From assembly GCA_016213825.1 (NCBI GenBank), contig JACQZP010000021.1, forward strand, positions 245,109 through 269,108: a stretch of DNA of 24,000 nt. Direction: 5' to 3'. Below the pieces are notes generated by a model. That model saw only the letters and a program-made list of their open reading frames with translations. It had not been told where the DNA came from and ran no database searches. Positions within the stretch are counted from its first letter, which is position 1, and every line of letters begins with the position of its first letter. The DNA comes from Acetobacterium woodii (GTDB lineage: Bacteria > Bacillota > Clostridia > Eubacteriales > Eubacteriaceae). Shown piece by piece: positions 1-8,021 of the stretch. The position numbers and the translations under genes were made by a program.

Positions 1-183
1 TATGGTTATCGGTTTAAGCGCACCAAAATAAAGTATAACAATGCTATACCAAATTAGCGCTTAGACCGATGAGAATAAAAGTTTTACACTTTATCTTTAG
101 GCTCAAAACAATGTCTCATCGATAATCTCATTGTTCGAGCTGCTTCAATTGTTAAAATCATCCTGTTATACCTTCCGCTAGAT

Positions 184-212
184 AGTTTATCAAAAGGAAT
201 TGATCTTGTCAA
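184..212 (-). promoter_or_regulatory. Candidate sigma-A promoter firing toward the window start
   Basis: The minus strand reads TTGACA (207-212), 17 nt, TAAACT (184-189), immediately after the hairpin at 221-262. No ORF of 60 aa or more lies downstream inside the window (1-183). Confidence 0.35.
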
Positions 213-220
213 TCAACATT

Positions 221-262
221 AAAACCCCAGCACCAATCCTTTAAGGATGCCACTGGGGTTTT
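221..262. terminator. Bidirectional intrinsic terminator-like hairpin downstream of htpG
   Basis: A perfect 10-bp stem pairs AAAACCCCAG (221-230) with CTGGGGTTTT (253-262). An inner ATCCT/AGGAT stem is also present. The A-run and T-run are built into the arms, so it works on either strand. Confidence 0.6.
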
Positions 263-300
263 AAAAGTTGTTGCATTAAAAACAGGGTGAAAGAAATGCC

Positions 301-404
301 CCAGTACCGACAATTGTTAGATCATGTTGTTTTCATCAGAGCGGACACGGCGTTAGTCTGTCCGATTCTGCAGCAAACAACAGATTAACAATTGGTCGGT
401 ACGG
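301..404. repeat. Hairpin repeat family 1, copy A (about 104 bp, long terminal inverted repeats)
   Basis: The left end CCAGTACCGACAATTGTTAGATCATGTTGT (301-330) is the near reverse complement of the right end ACAACAGATTAACAATTGGTCGGTACGG (377-404). Both ends recur at 11149-11303. The interior CAGAGCGGACA...TGTCCGATTCTG forms a second stem. Confidence 0.75.
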
Positions 405-424
405 TATCTCAGTCAAACGCCTGG

Positions 425-2320
425 TTACATCAGTTTGCTGATATTTTTGGTAAAGGCCACCACATCGTCAAGCGGTAAGCCAGCAATCAGTCGGGCCTGA
501 TTATAAAGCAATTCGGTATAGAGGGCAAATTGCTCATCATCGGATTCATAGAAAGTTCTCAGTTTTTCATAAACCGGATGGTTTTTGTTGATTTCCAATA
601 CTTTTTTAGCTTTCACATCACCGCCCTGGGGCATGGTATTTAAGGTCATTTCCATTTCGATGGACAGATCCCCTTCAGTGGATAGATAAGCGACGTCATC
701 TTTTAAATGAGCGGTGGTTTTAACCTTAACGACCTCATCCCCAATGAGTTCCTTCATCTTTTCCAGCAGTTTTTCATCCACTTCCGAAGTTTCACCGGTA
801 TCGTCTTTTTCATCTTCTTCCGGCGCTTCCAGGCCCAGATTCTGGCTGGATACGGAACGGAATTCTTTTTCCTCGTATTGTCTGAGGGTCTGGGTGACAA
901 ATTCATCGATGGTTTCGGTTAAATATAAGATCTCATAGTTTTTGTTTTTGATGATCGATACCTGGGGCAATTTTTCAATCTGGCCCACTGATGATCCGGA
1001 GGCGTAATAGATGTATTTTTGATCTTCAGGCATTCGCTCAACATATTCTTTAAGGGTAACCAGTTTGCCTTCTTTGGATGAATAAAACAGTAGGAAGTCC
1101 TGAAGTTTTTCCTTGTCCTGTCCCCATTTATCATAGGTACCCACCTTGATCTGATTACCAAAGGCTTTAAAGAATTTTTCATAGTTTTCCCGATCATTTT
1201 CCTGCATTTTCTTGAGTTCTTCAGAAATTCGGGTATCGATTTTACGGCTGATCAGACGAAGCTGACGATCCTGTTGGAGCATTTCCCGGGAAATATTCAA
1301 GGAGATATCTTCCGAATCCACCACCCCTTTGACAAAGCTGAAATAATCCGGCAGCAGTTCACTGCATTTTTCCATAATCAACACGCCGTTGGAATAAAGT
1401 TCCAGTCCCTTTTCATAATCCCGGGTGTAGTAATCAAAAGGAGCCTGGCCAGGGATATAAAGAATCGCTTTGTAGCTCATCGCACCTTCAATGCTGAGGT
1501 GGACATGAGCCAGCGGTGCATCAAAACCTAAGCGTTTGTCGTGATAGAAATTGTTGTAATCTTCATCGGTGAGCTCGTTTTTGTTTTTTCGCCAGATCGG
1601 GATCATCGAGTTTAGCACATCGTCGGATAAATAGGTTTCATATTCGGGTTTGTCGCTGTCTTTGGTTTCTTCCTTAACCCGGCTGTTTTCAACCACCATT
1701 TTGATGGGATAGCGAATAAAGTTGGAGTAATGTTCCACTAAATGACGGATCCGGTGGGGTTCCAGATAGTCGTCAAAATTATTATCTTCGGAATTTTCTT
1801 TAAGATGCAAGGTGATTTTCGAGCCATGGGTTTTTCGTTCTCCCGGCTCGATGGTGTAACCATCTGCCCCTTCAGAGACCCATAAATAAGACTGCTCGTC
1901 ATCAACGGATTTCGTTTCGACGGAAACCCGGTCAGCCACCATAAAGGCCGAGTAGAAACCGACCCCAAATTGACCGATGATGTCAAAATCTTCTTCCATT
2001 TCCTGTTCGTTCTTGAAATCGCTGGAACCGCTTTTGGCAATGGTCCCAAGATTGTCTTCCAACTCAGCCGCAGTCATTCCGATTCCTGTATCTTCAATCG
2101 TCAGGGTGCGGTTATCCTTGTCAGGGTGAATCCGGATATAGTAATCATCCTTATTAAAACTTTTATCTTTGTCTGTTAATGTTTTGTAGTAAACCTTGTC
2201 AATCGCATCAGATGCATTTGAAATCAATTCCCGGAGAAATATTTCTTTGTTGGTATAAATTGAATTGATCATCAAATCCATCAGACGTTTGGATTCTGAT
2301 TTAAACTGCTTCTTTTCCAT
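425..2320 (-). CDS. htpG: Molecular chaperone HtpG (HSP90 family)
   Basis: 631-aa ORF with the N-terminal GHKL ATPase signature [14 protein letters not shown] and [11 protein letters not shown]. It is full HSP90 length. An RBS-like AGAGG lies upstream of the ATG, and CIRCE plus a promoter lie further upstream. Confidence 0.95.
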   Translation of the reverse strand: MEKKQFKSESKRLMDLMINSIYTNKEIFLRELISNASDAIDKVYYKTLTDKDKSFNKDDYYIRIHPDKDNRTLTIEDTGIGMTAAELEDNLGTIAKSGSSDFKNEQEMEEDFDIIGQFGVGFYSAFMVADRVSVETKSVDDEQSYLWVSEGADGYTIEPGERKTHGSKITLHLKENSEDNNFDDYLEPHRIRHLVEHYSNFIRYPIKMVVENSRVKEETKDSDKPEYETYLSDDVLNSMIPIWRKNKNELTDEDYNNFYHDKRLGFDAPLAHVHLSIEGAMSYKAILYIPGQAPFDYYTRDYEKGLELYSNGVLIMEKCSELLPDYFSFVKGVVDSEDISLNISREMLQQDRQLRLISRKIDTRISEELKKMQENDRENYEKFFKAFGNQIKVGTYDKWGQDKEKLQDFLLFYSSKEGKLVTLKEYVERMPEDQKYIYYASGSSVGQIEKLPQVSIIKNKNYEILYLTETIDEFVTQTLRQYEEKEFRSVSSQNLGLEAPEEDEKDDTGETSEVDEKLLEKMKELIGDEVVKVKTTAHLKDDVAYLSTEGDLSIEMEMTLNTMPQGGDVKAKKVLEINKNHPVYEKLRTFYESDDEQFALYTELLYNQARLIAGLPLDDVVAFTKNISKLM

Positions 2321-2350
2321 AACATACCTCTTCTTTAAACTTTTATAACA

Positions 2351-2377
2351 TTAGCACTCTTTTGCTTCGAGTGCTAA
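2351..2377 (-). promoter_or_regulatory. CIRCE operator (HrcA binding site)
   Basis: TTAGCACTC-TTTTGCTTC-GAGTGCTAA is an exact match to the CIRCE consensus TTAGCACTC-N9-GAGTGCTAA. It lies 31-57 nt upstream of the htpG ATG and just downstream of the -10 box. Confidence 0.9.
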
Positions 2378-2381
2378 CAAT

Positions 2382-2410
2382 ATTGTAAGGATAATTATTA
2401 TATGTGTCAA
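2382..2410 (-). promoter_or_regulatory. sigma-A promoter of htpG
   Basis: The minus strand reads TTGACA (2405-2410), 17 nt, TACAAT (2382-2387). CIRCE starts 5 nt after the -10 box. Confidence 0.7.
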
Positions 2411-2561
2411 CACTTTTAATATTTTTTTAAGTATAAAACCATTCAAATAACTCGCTATCGGTTATTACTCGCATATTTTTGAGAATAACCGAACTTCATC
2501 TACAAAAATTGCTTTTAGTTCAGTCATTCAACACGCATCAATAGCCAAATATTTCTATCAT

Positions 2562-2590
2562 TTGTCAATAATTGCCTAAGTAATTATAAT
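2562..2590 (+). promoter_or_regulatory. Candidate sigma-A promoter for the CGGC-type gene
   Basis: The plus strand reads TTGTCA (2562-2567), 17 nt, TATAAT (2585-2590), about 120 nt upstream of the ATG at 2711. Confidence 0.4.
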
Positions 2591-2710
2591 GATTTCTATA
2601 GTATAATATGCTTTGTACTGTATTTAGCACTCAAAGAAAATTTGAATGCATTTAATTTTATTGAATTATTCCCAAATTATGATAGTATATTAGCTAAAAA
2701 GGTGTTTACA

Positions 2711-3046
2711 ATGAAAAGAGTCGTCATTATCAGTTGCGACAAAATTATGGATAATTGTTCTGGAAAAGGATGTAAGCAAGCATTCAAAGAAAGACAGGAC
2801 GCTTTTTCAAATTATCCATTAACGGATGTCAAATTAATCGGATTTATCCGCTGTCGGCATTGCGACGAAACTGCTGTGTCTCGAGTTCTCAAAAAAACAG
2901 ATCATCTGCTAAAAAAAGATGTTAATGCAATCCACCTTTCAAGTTGTATCTGTTCTGTTTGTGAAAAACATGATGACTTTGTTGAAAAATTATCGAATCA
3001 ATTCATTATTGTTAAAGGTACACATCTGACCAGAAAATCCAATTAA
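2711..3046 (+). CDS. CGGC-domain-like Cys/His-rich protein (putative metal binding)
   Basis: The ORF track starts at a TTG at 2642. An ATG at 2711 has an AAGGTG RBS 6 nt upstream and gives MKRVVIISCDK.... The pattern IISC...C-x4-C...F-x-RC-x-HC...IHLSSC...C...GTH resembles the CGGC domain family, with CRHC in place of CGGC. Confidence 0.65.
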   Translation: MKRVVIISCDKIMDNCSGKGCKQAFKERQDAFSNYPLTDVKLIGFIRCRHCDETAVSRVLKKTDHLLKKDVNAIHLSSCICSVCEKHDDFVEKLSNQFIIVKGTHLTRKSN

Positions 3047-3158
3047 ACCTTTTATCTGAAAAACTCACTTTAACCCATTTTATTTCACACCACTACATTT
3101 ACATCAATGAACGGATGCGCTTATTTATGTAAAAACTATTCAGGAGGAAAAGCCAAAG

Positions 3159-4331
3159 TTGCCGAAACTATTTCAACCCAAAGAGAAAAAAGAAAAGAAA
3201 GAGAAAAAAAAGAGCAGTAAAAGTATTGAAAAAAACGAGAAATTAAAGAAAGTCACCGAAAAACTTGCTGATAACCCGGAAGTCGTTAAAATGATTCAGG
3301 AAGAAAATGAAGAGTCCAATAATAAAAAATCTAAAAAAAATGGTAAAAAGCTACCCCTAAAAATCATCATTCCAGCCGTTCTCGTCATTTTCCTCATCGG
3401 TGGTGGCGCATTTTTTGTTCTTAAAAGCGGCATGTTTTTTGGTAGTCACGCATCTGCAGAAGAAGATAATTCAGTGGACAAAGCGGCTATTTATATTCAA
3501 GCTGATACCTTTTATACGGAAGGGCATTACTATGATGCCAGTGCGCTATTTTCTTTTTTAGGAGAATATGAAGACAGCGTTGAAATGCTGACAAAAATCG
3601 ACTTAAACAGCCGGTATCCGGATAATGGAACAAAAATTACTAAATATGTTGGCAGTGATGTGATTAACAACTACATTCTCAGTTATAAAAACCATACTGA
3701 GATTACCACCGAACTTGAAAATGCCACAAAAACTACCGAAGCGCCAGCATCGGAAACGAAATCGGAGTCGAAGGAGCCATCGTCAACCACCGCAGAATCA
3801 ACTCAGCCGACAAAAAAAGCGGCACCGAATACCTCTAAAGAACTGGTCGCCTCTAATACTTCAGGAGAATCTACTTCTAGCACTGAAGAAAAAAGCACGA
3901 CCACTGAAGAGCCAGAAAAAACCCAGGAAAAAGCTGATGAAAAAGTCGAATATGATAAAGCAGTGATCGAAGCCGTTAAAGAAAAGACTCATGAAATTGT
4001 TCTCGCTGGCAATCTGGTTAAAAGCCTGAATATCCCCAGTGACAATCCCCTTTACGAAGCCCACGAAACCTTAAAACGGTCGGCTGATTATAGTAATCAA
4101 GCCGCTGAAAAAATTCTTGAAGGTGTCGAAGCGGGAACTTATAAACCAGGTGGTACCGGTGAAGTAGCTGAAGAAGTGAATACCTTGCTTGAAAATATGA
4201 ACAAGGAAACGGAACTGTTTCATAACCAGGTTAGCGATGTCATCGCCCTCAATCTCTTCGAGCTCGTTAAATGCCCTGATGCAGGCGAACTACTCAAGCG
4301 GTATTCGGAATCCTTTATTGTTTATGAATAA
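3159..4331 (+). CDS. Hypothetical single-pass membrane protein with Lys-rich N-terminus and Ser/Thr/Glu-rich linker
   Basis: 390-aa ORF with a TTG start preceded by AGGAGG (3142-3147). It has one clear hydrophobic helix (LPLKIIIPAVLVIFLIGGGAFFVL), then a low-complexity STE-rich region. I recognise no family. Confidence 0.55.
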   Translation: MPKLFQPKEKKEKKEKKKSSKSIEKNEKLKKVTEKLADNPEVVKMIQEENEESNNKKSKKNGKKLPLKIIIPAVLVIFLIGGGAFFVLKSGMFFGSHASAEEDNSVDKAAIYIQADTFYTEGHYYDASALFSFLGEYEDSVEMLTKIDLNSRYPDNGTKITKYVGSDVINNYILSYKNHTEITTELENATKTTEAPASETKSESKEPSSTTAESTQPTKKAAPNTSKELVASNTSGESTSSTEEKSTTTEEPEKTQEKADEKVEYDKAVIEAVKEKTHEIVLAGNLVKSLNIPSDNPLYEAHETLKRSADYSNQAAEKILEGVEAGTYKPGGTGEVAEEVNTLLENMNKETELFHNQVSDVIALNLFELVKCPDAGELLKRYSESFIVYE

Positions 4332-4357
4332 AAGTTAGCCTTAACCGTGTTATTACC

Positions 4358-4400
4358 AAAAAAAGTTCCGGGAGTGATTAAACTTCCCGGAACTTTTTTT
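4358..4400. terminator. Bidirectional intrinsic terminator shared by the convergent 3159-4331 gene and dapL
   Basis: The stem pairs GTTCCGGGA (4365-4373) with TCCCGGAAC (4385-4393). It is flanked by an A-run (4358-4364) and a T-run (4394-4400). Confidence 0.8.
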
Positions 4401-4418
4401 ATATTGGATAGTGTTTGC

Positions 4419-5654
4419 TTATAGTTTAAATTGAGTGGTAAAACGTCTGATCGCTTCTTCGGTATTTTCTTTGCTACCAAAGGCGGTGAGACGGAAATAG
4501 CCTTCTCCGCTGGGGCCAAAACCGACCCCAGGTGTTCCAACGATGTTGACTTCATTAAGCAGTCGATCGAAGAAAGTCCACGAATCCATTCCGGCTGGCG
4601 TTTTCAGCCAGATATAAGGAGCATTGACCCCGCCGAAAACCTCAATCCCAGTGCTGGCGACGCCTTCGCGGATCATTTTTGCATTATTCATATAGTATTC
4701 AACCAGCGCCTTGATCTGCTGCTGACCAGCTTCGGTATAAACAGCTTCTGCGCCCTTTTGAATAATATAAGGAACGCCATTAAATTTAGTACAGTGTCTG
4801 CGGTTCCACAGTTTATTGATTTCAACGGGTTCTCCAGCTTCGGTATACCCCATCACTTGTTTCGGAACCACCACATAAGAGCATCGTGTTCCGGTGAAAC
4901 CGGCATTTTTGGAAAAGCTGCGGAATTCGACGGCTACTTCTTTGGCTCCTTCAATTTCGTAAATGCTGTGAGGGACATCTTCTTCCTGAATATAGGCTTC
5001 ATAGGCGGCATCATATAAAATAATAGCCTGATTGGCTTTGGCATAATCTACCCATTTTTTAAGTTCAGTTTTATTGATCGTTGTGCCAGTAGGATTATTG
5101 GGGAAACATAAATAAATCAGATCCACCTTTTCAGTTGGCAACTGTGGAACAAAGCCATTTTCGGCTGTGCAGGGGATATAAACCATGTCCGACCATTTGC
5201 CGTCAGCTCCTAATGTGCCACTGCGGCCAGCCATGACGTTACTGTCGACATAAACGGGATAAACAGGATCAGTGATGGCGATTTTAGTGTCCAGACCAAA
5301 AATCTCCTGGAAGTTGGCGGTATCACTTTTGGACCCATCGCTGACAAAAATCTCGTCAACGGCCAGATCAACGCCTCGGCTCTTAAAATCAAACGCAATG
5401 ATTTTCTCGATCAGGAAGTCATACCCCTGTTCCGGGCCATATCCTTTAAAGGTCTTCTCATCAGCCATTTCATCAACGGCTTGGTGCAGGCTGGTGATAA
5501 TTGCTTCCGGCAGGGGTTTGGTCACATCGCCGATTCCCAGTCGGATAATATCAGCATCTGGATTAGCGGTTTTATAAGCCTCCACGCGTCTTGCGATTTC
5601 AGAAAACAGGTAACTGCCTGGTAATTTTAGATAATTTTCATTAATTAATGCCAT
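4419..5654 (-). CDS. dapL: LL-diaminopimelate aminotransferase (DapL type)
   Basis: 411-aa ORF. The N-terminus [20 protein letters not shown]...[13 protein letters not shown] and the PLP-lysine context [12 protein letters not shown] match the DapL family as I recall it from plant and Chlamydia enzymes. GAAAGGA RBS. Confidence 0.88.
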   Translation of the reverse strand: MALINENYLKLPGSYLFSEIARRVEAYKTANPDADIIRLGIGDVTKPLPEAIITSLHQAVDEMADEKTFKGYGPEQGYDFLIEKIIAFDFKSRGVDLAVDEIFVSDGSKSDTANFQEIFGLDTKIAITDPVYPVYVDSNVMAGRSGTLGADGKWSDMVYIPCTAENGFVPQLPTEKVDLIYLCFPNNPTGTTINKTELKKWVDYAKANQAIILYDAAYEAYIQEEDVPHSIYEIEGAKEVAVEFRSFSKNAGFTGTRCSYVVVPKQVMGYTEAGEPVEINKLWNRRHCTKFNGVPYIIQKGAEAVYTEAGQQQIKALVEYYMNNAKMIREGVASTGIEVFGGVNAPYIWLKTPAGMDSWTFFDRLLNEVNIVGTPGVGFGPSGEGYFRLTAFGSKENTEEAIRRFTTQFKL

Positions 5655-5688
5655 TTTATTTTTTCCTTTCGGTAACTGATTTGTCGAT

Positions 5689-5920
5689 AATTGCTAAATT
5701 ACCGTGAGCTTTGTGTTCAGTTTCGCACGAAACAATTTTTACACTAGGGCGAACAACATTTTCTCGTGCAGTTCGCATACACGTTACAAAATTGGTTTCG
5801 TCAAGGCAATGAGCCAATCACAAGCTTGCTTGTAGTTGGCGACTGCCCGCGAACAAGAAGAAATTCGCATCGCGATTTCTTCTTGTTGTGGATACTGAAC
5901 GCAAAGCAAAAATTGTTCGT
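5689..5920. repeat. Hairpin repeat family 2, full copy a (about 230 bp) in the lysA-dapL spacer
   Basis: The left arm is AATTGC...GAGCTTTGTGTTCAGTTTCGCACGAAACAA (5689-5735). The right arm is TTGTTGTGGATACTGAACGCAAAGC... (5883-5920) and is an imperfect reverse complement of the left arm. The core 5811-5885 recurs inverted at 9415-9489. The internal hairpin ACAAGAAGAAAT...ATTTCTTCTTGT is perfect. Confidence 0.75.
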
Positions 5921-5946
5921 TGCTTATGAGTTTCTCAGATGTTTAT

Positions 5947-7200
5947 TTATTTCGTCCATTTTGAAAAATCAAGGGTTGCAAAGTAGTCGTCTGGGGTTTC
6001 AGCCCGGCGGATCAGTTCGGTGCTGCCGTCTTCTTTTAACAATACTTCGGCGGAACGCAGCTTGCCGTTGTAGTTATAGCCCATCGCAAAACCATGAGCC
6101 CCGGTATCGTGTAAGACCACCAGATCACCGATATCGATTTTAGGAAGCTTTCTATCGATGGCAAATTTGTCATTATTTTCACACAAGCCGCCGGTGACAT
6201 CATAAACATGATCAAGGGGCTCATTTTCTTTGCCCATTACGGTGATGTGATGGTAAGCACCGTACATGGCCGGTCGCATCAAGTTGGCGGCACAGGCATC
6301 CAGCCCGATGTATTCTTTATGAGTATGTTTTTCGTGAAGGGCAGTTGTGACCAGATGGCCAAATGGTCCCAGGACAAACCGACCCAGCTCTGTATAAATC
6401 GAGATATCCCCCATTCCGGCAGGCACGAGAATTTCTTCAAAGGCTTTTTGAACACCGCGACCGACTTCATAAATATCGGTGGCTTGTTGGTCTGGCAGAT
6501 AAGGAATCCCGACCCCGCCGGAAAGATTGATAAAGGCGATATGAGCGCCGGTTTCCTTATTGAGTTCAACTGCTGTTTCAAATAGAATGCGAGCCAGCGC
6601 CGGATAGTATTCGTTGGCAATGGTATTACTGGCCAGGAAGGCATGGATTCCAAAATGTTTAACCCCTTTGCCAATCAGCGTGGTAAACCCTTCGGTCATC
6701 TGCTCCCGGGTGAAGCCATATTTGGCTGTCTGAGGGGTGTCCATGATGGCATTGTCAATGACAAAATCGCCACCGGGATTGAAGCGACAGCTAATCGTTT
6801 CTGGGATGCCTGCAACTTCATCAAGAAAATCGATATGAGTGATGTCATCCAGCGTGATGATGGCGTTGAGTTTTCGGGCCAGCACAAAATCTTCTGCTGG
6901 CGTGACATTGGAGGTAAACATAATGTCATCGCCTTTAAAGCCTACCGTATCGGACATCATTAATTCAGTATAGGATGAGCAATCCACGCCGCAGCCTTCT
7001 TCTTTTAAAATCTGCAGAATGGTTGGGTTGGGCGTCGCTTTAACGGCAAAATATTCTTTATATCCTGCGTTCCAGGAAAACGCCTCCTGGAGATTTCGGA
7101 CATTTTCGCGAATGCCCTTTTCATCATAAAGATGAAAAGGCGTAGGAAATTCTTTAACAATTTCTTTTAATTTTTCTTGAGTAACAAAGGTTTTTTTCAT
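5947..7200 (-). CDS. lysA: Diaminopimelate decarboxylase family (fold-III PLP decarboxylase)
   Basis: 417-aa ORF with FAVKATP (PLP lysine context), LSGGVGIPY and GGLCENND motifs typical of the Orn/DAP/Arg decarboxylase family. Its ATG overlaps the stop of the upstream regulator gene (ATGA). The dapL neighbourhood favours LysA, but substrate is not provable from sequence. Confidence 0.75.
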   Translation of the reverse strand: MKKTFVTQEKLKEIVKEFPTPFHLYDEKGIRENVRNLQEAFSWNAGYKEYFAVKATPNPTILQILKEEGCGVDCSSYTELMMSDTVGFKGDDIMFTSNVTPAEDFVLARKLNAIITLDDITHIDFLDEVAGIPETISCRFNPGGDFVIDNAIMDTPQTAKYGFTREQMTEGFTTLIGKGVKHFGIHAFLASNTIANEYYPALARILFETAVELNKETGAHIAFINLSGGVGIPYLPDQQATDIYEVGRGVQKAFEEILVPAGMGDISIYTELGRFVLGPFGHLVTTALHEKHTHKEYIGLDACAANLMRPAMYGAYHHITVMGKENEPLDHVYDVTGGLCENNDKFAIDRKLPKIDIGDLVVLHDTGAHGFAMGYNYNGKLRSAEVLLKEDGSTELIRRAETPDDYFATLDFSKWTK

Positions 7201-7901
7201 AGATTTTTATTTCCTTTCATGATTTCAATCAGTTTAATTTCATTTTTCATCGAATCTTTAAATAAATCAACCAGGTTTTGCTTTTGAGAATAGAGACAGG
7301 TGGAATGCTCGCCGTTGTTGATATCGCCAGTAAGAACATTGGTCGAATCAGCAATCAGCCGGATCTGTTGAAGCAGCTGATCGGCAATATAAATGATGCT
7401 GCCGTCCAGACTAAAGGTTCCGTTGGTGATGATCACCATCTTGATGCCTCTATGAATAGCCTGCTCAATATCTGGAACGATTAAATCCAGAATCGGATTG
7501 GGTACTGAAATGTATACCCGCTCTTTTGCCTCCAAAATCATATTCCGTAATTTATTAAGAATGTTCACTTCCCCTTTGATGGTGATATAACCTTCCACCA
7601 ATGTCCTTTTGCTGGGAATAGTTCGGATCAGATCTGCTTTTGATTCCTGAAGTTTTCTAATTTTATTCTCACAAAATTCGTCAATCGGAACCGGTGTATA
7701 GCGGATGGTCGCCTCTTCAATTACAAAGGCACCGCCTTTTTCTACCAGCGAAGCAAGGGAGGTATAGGTATTGGATCGTGAAATCCCGGTTGCTTTGGCA
7801 ACCTCATAGCCATTTAAATCCCCGTCCGAAAGCAGGGTCAAATAAATGACGGCCTCGTGTCGGGTCAGGCCAAATTGTGTAAGTCGTTCAACGATATCCA
7901 T
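7197..7901 (-). CDS. TrmB-family transcriptional regulator
   Basis: 234-aa ORF. The N-terminal winged helix LTRHEAVIYLTLL...NGYEVAKATGISRSNTYTSLASLVEKG is typical of the TrmB family, and a C-terminal effector-like domain follows. Confidence 0.75.
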   Translation of the reverse strand: MDIVERLTQFGLTRHEAVIYLTLLSDGDLNGYEVAKATGISRSNTYTSLASLVEKGGAFVIEEATIRYTPVPIDEFCENKIRKLQESKADLIRTIPSKRTLVEGYITIKGEVNILNKLRNMILEAKERVYISVPNPILDLIVPDIEQAIHRGIKMVIITNGTFSLDGSIIYIADQLLQQIRLIADSTNVLTGDINNGEHSTCLYSQKQNLVDLFKDSMKNEIKLIEIMKGNKNL

Positions 7902-7939
7902 AAACTTCTGAGTCCTTACTTAATTAAAATTAATAACCG

Positions 7940-7989
7940 GATCTGTACAGACTGTTCTTTTGCAGATCGATTGGAATTTTCTGATCTGC
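7940..7989 (-). promoter_or_regulatory. Three GATCTG/CAGATC motifs in the 5' UTR of the TrmB-lysA-dapL operon
   Basis: Plus-strand GATCTG (7940-7945), GCAGATC (7962-7968) and GATCTGC (7983-7989). The middle copy can pair with either neighbour. The palindrome CTGTACAG lies at 7943-7950. Confidence 0.3.
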
Positions 7990-8021
7990 TTCAAAAATAA
8001 TTAGTGTTCCTGCTTAGTACT

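Noticed and set aside
84-161. A 25-codon minus-strand ORF lies downstream of the candidate promoter at 184-212.
   Set aside because: It has no convincing Shine-Dalgarno sequence at proper spacing and no recognisable peptide family. It is mentioned only in the finding about the ORF-free region.
2459-2491. A hairpin, CGGTTATTACTC...GAGAATAACCG, lies in the htpG/CGGC divergent region.
   Set aside because: It has no U-run on either strand and does not recur elsewhere in the window. It may be an operator, but nothing supports a specific call.
4431-5018. Long antisense ORFs opposite real genes (for example 4431-5018, 6208-6585, 9095-9502, 10016-10213, 10810-11040, 14754-15044, 21669-22025).
   Set aside because: Each lies fully inside a well-supported gene on the other strand, lacks an RBS, and has a low-complexity or odd composition. 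These are typical shadow ORFs.
5655-5946. I looked for a lysine (L-box) riboswitch or T-box in the dapL and TrmB/lysA leaders (also 7902-8021).
   Set aside because: I could not find the conserved L-box or T-box core sequences by eye. The dapL upstream structure is explained by the repeat element, which also occurs at unrelated genes. A covariance-model search is still needed for certainty.
5766-6143. The ORFs 5766-6143 (+) and 9370-9552 (+) run through the family-2 repeats and might suggest a small repeated protein.
   Set aside because: The shared DNA is in opposite orientation in the two loci, so the peptides are unrelated. They have no RBS, and one runs antisense into lysA. They are artefacts of the repeat.
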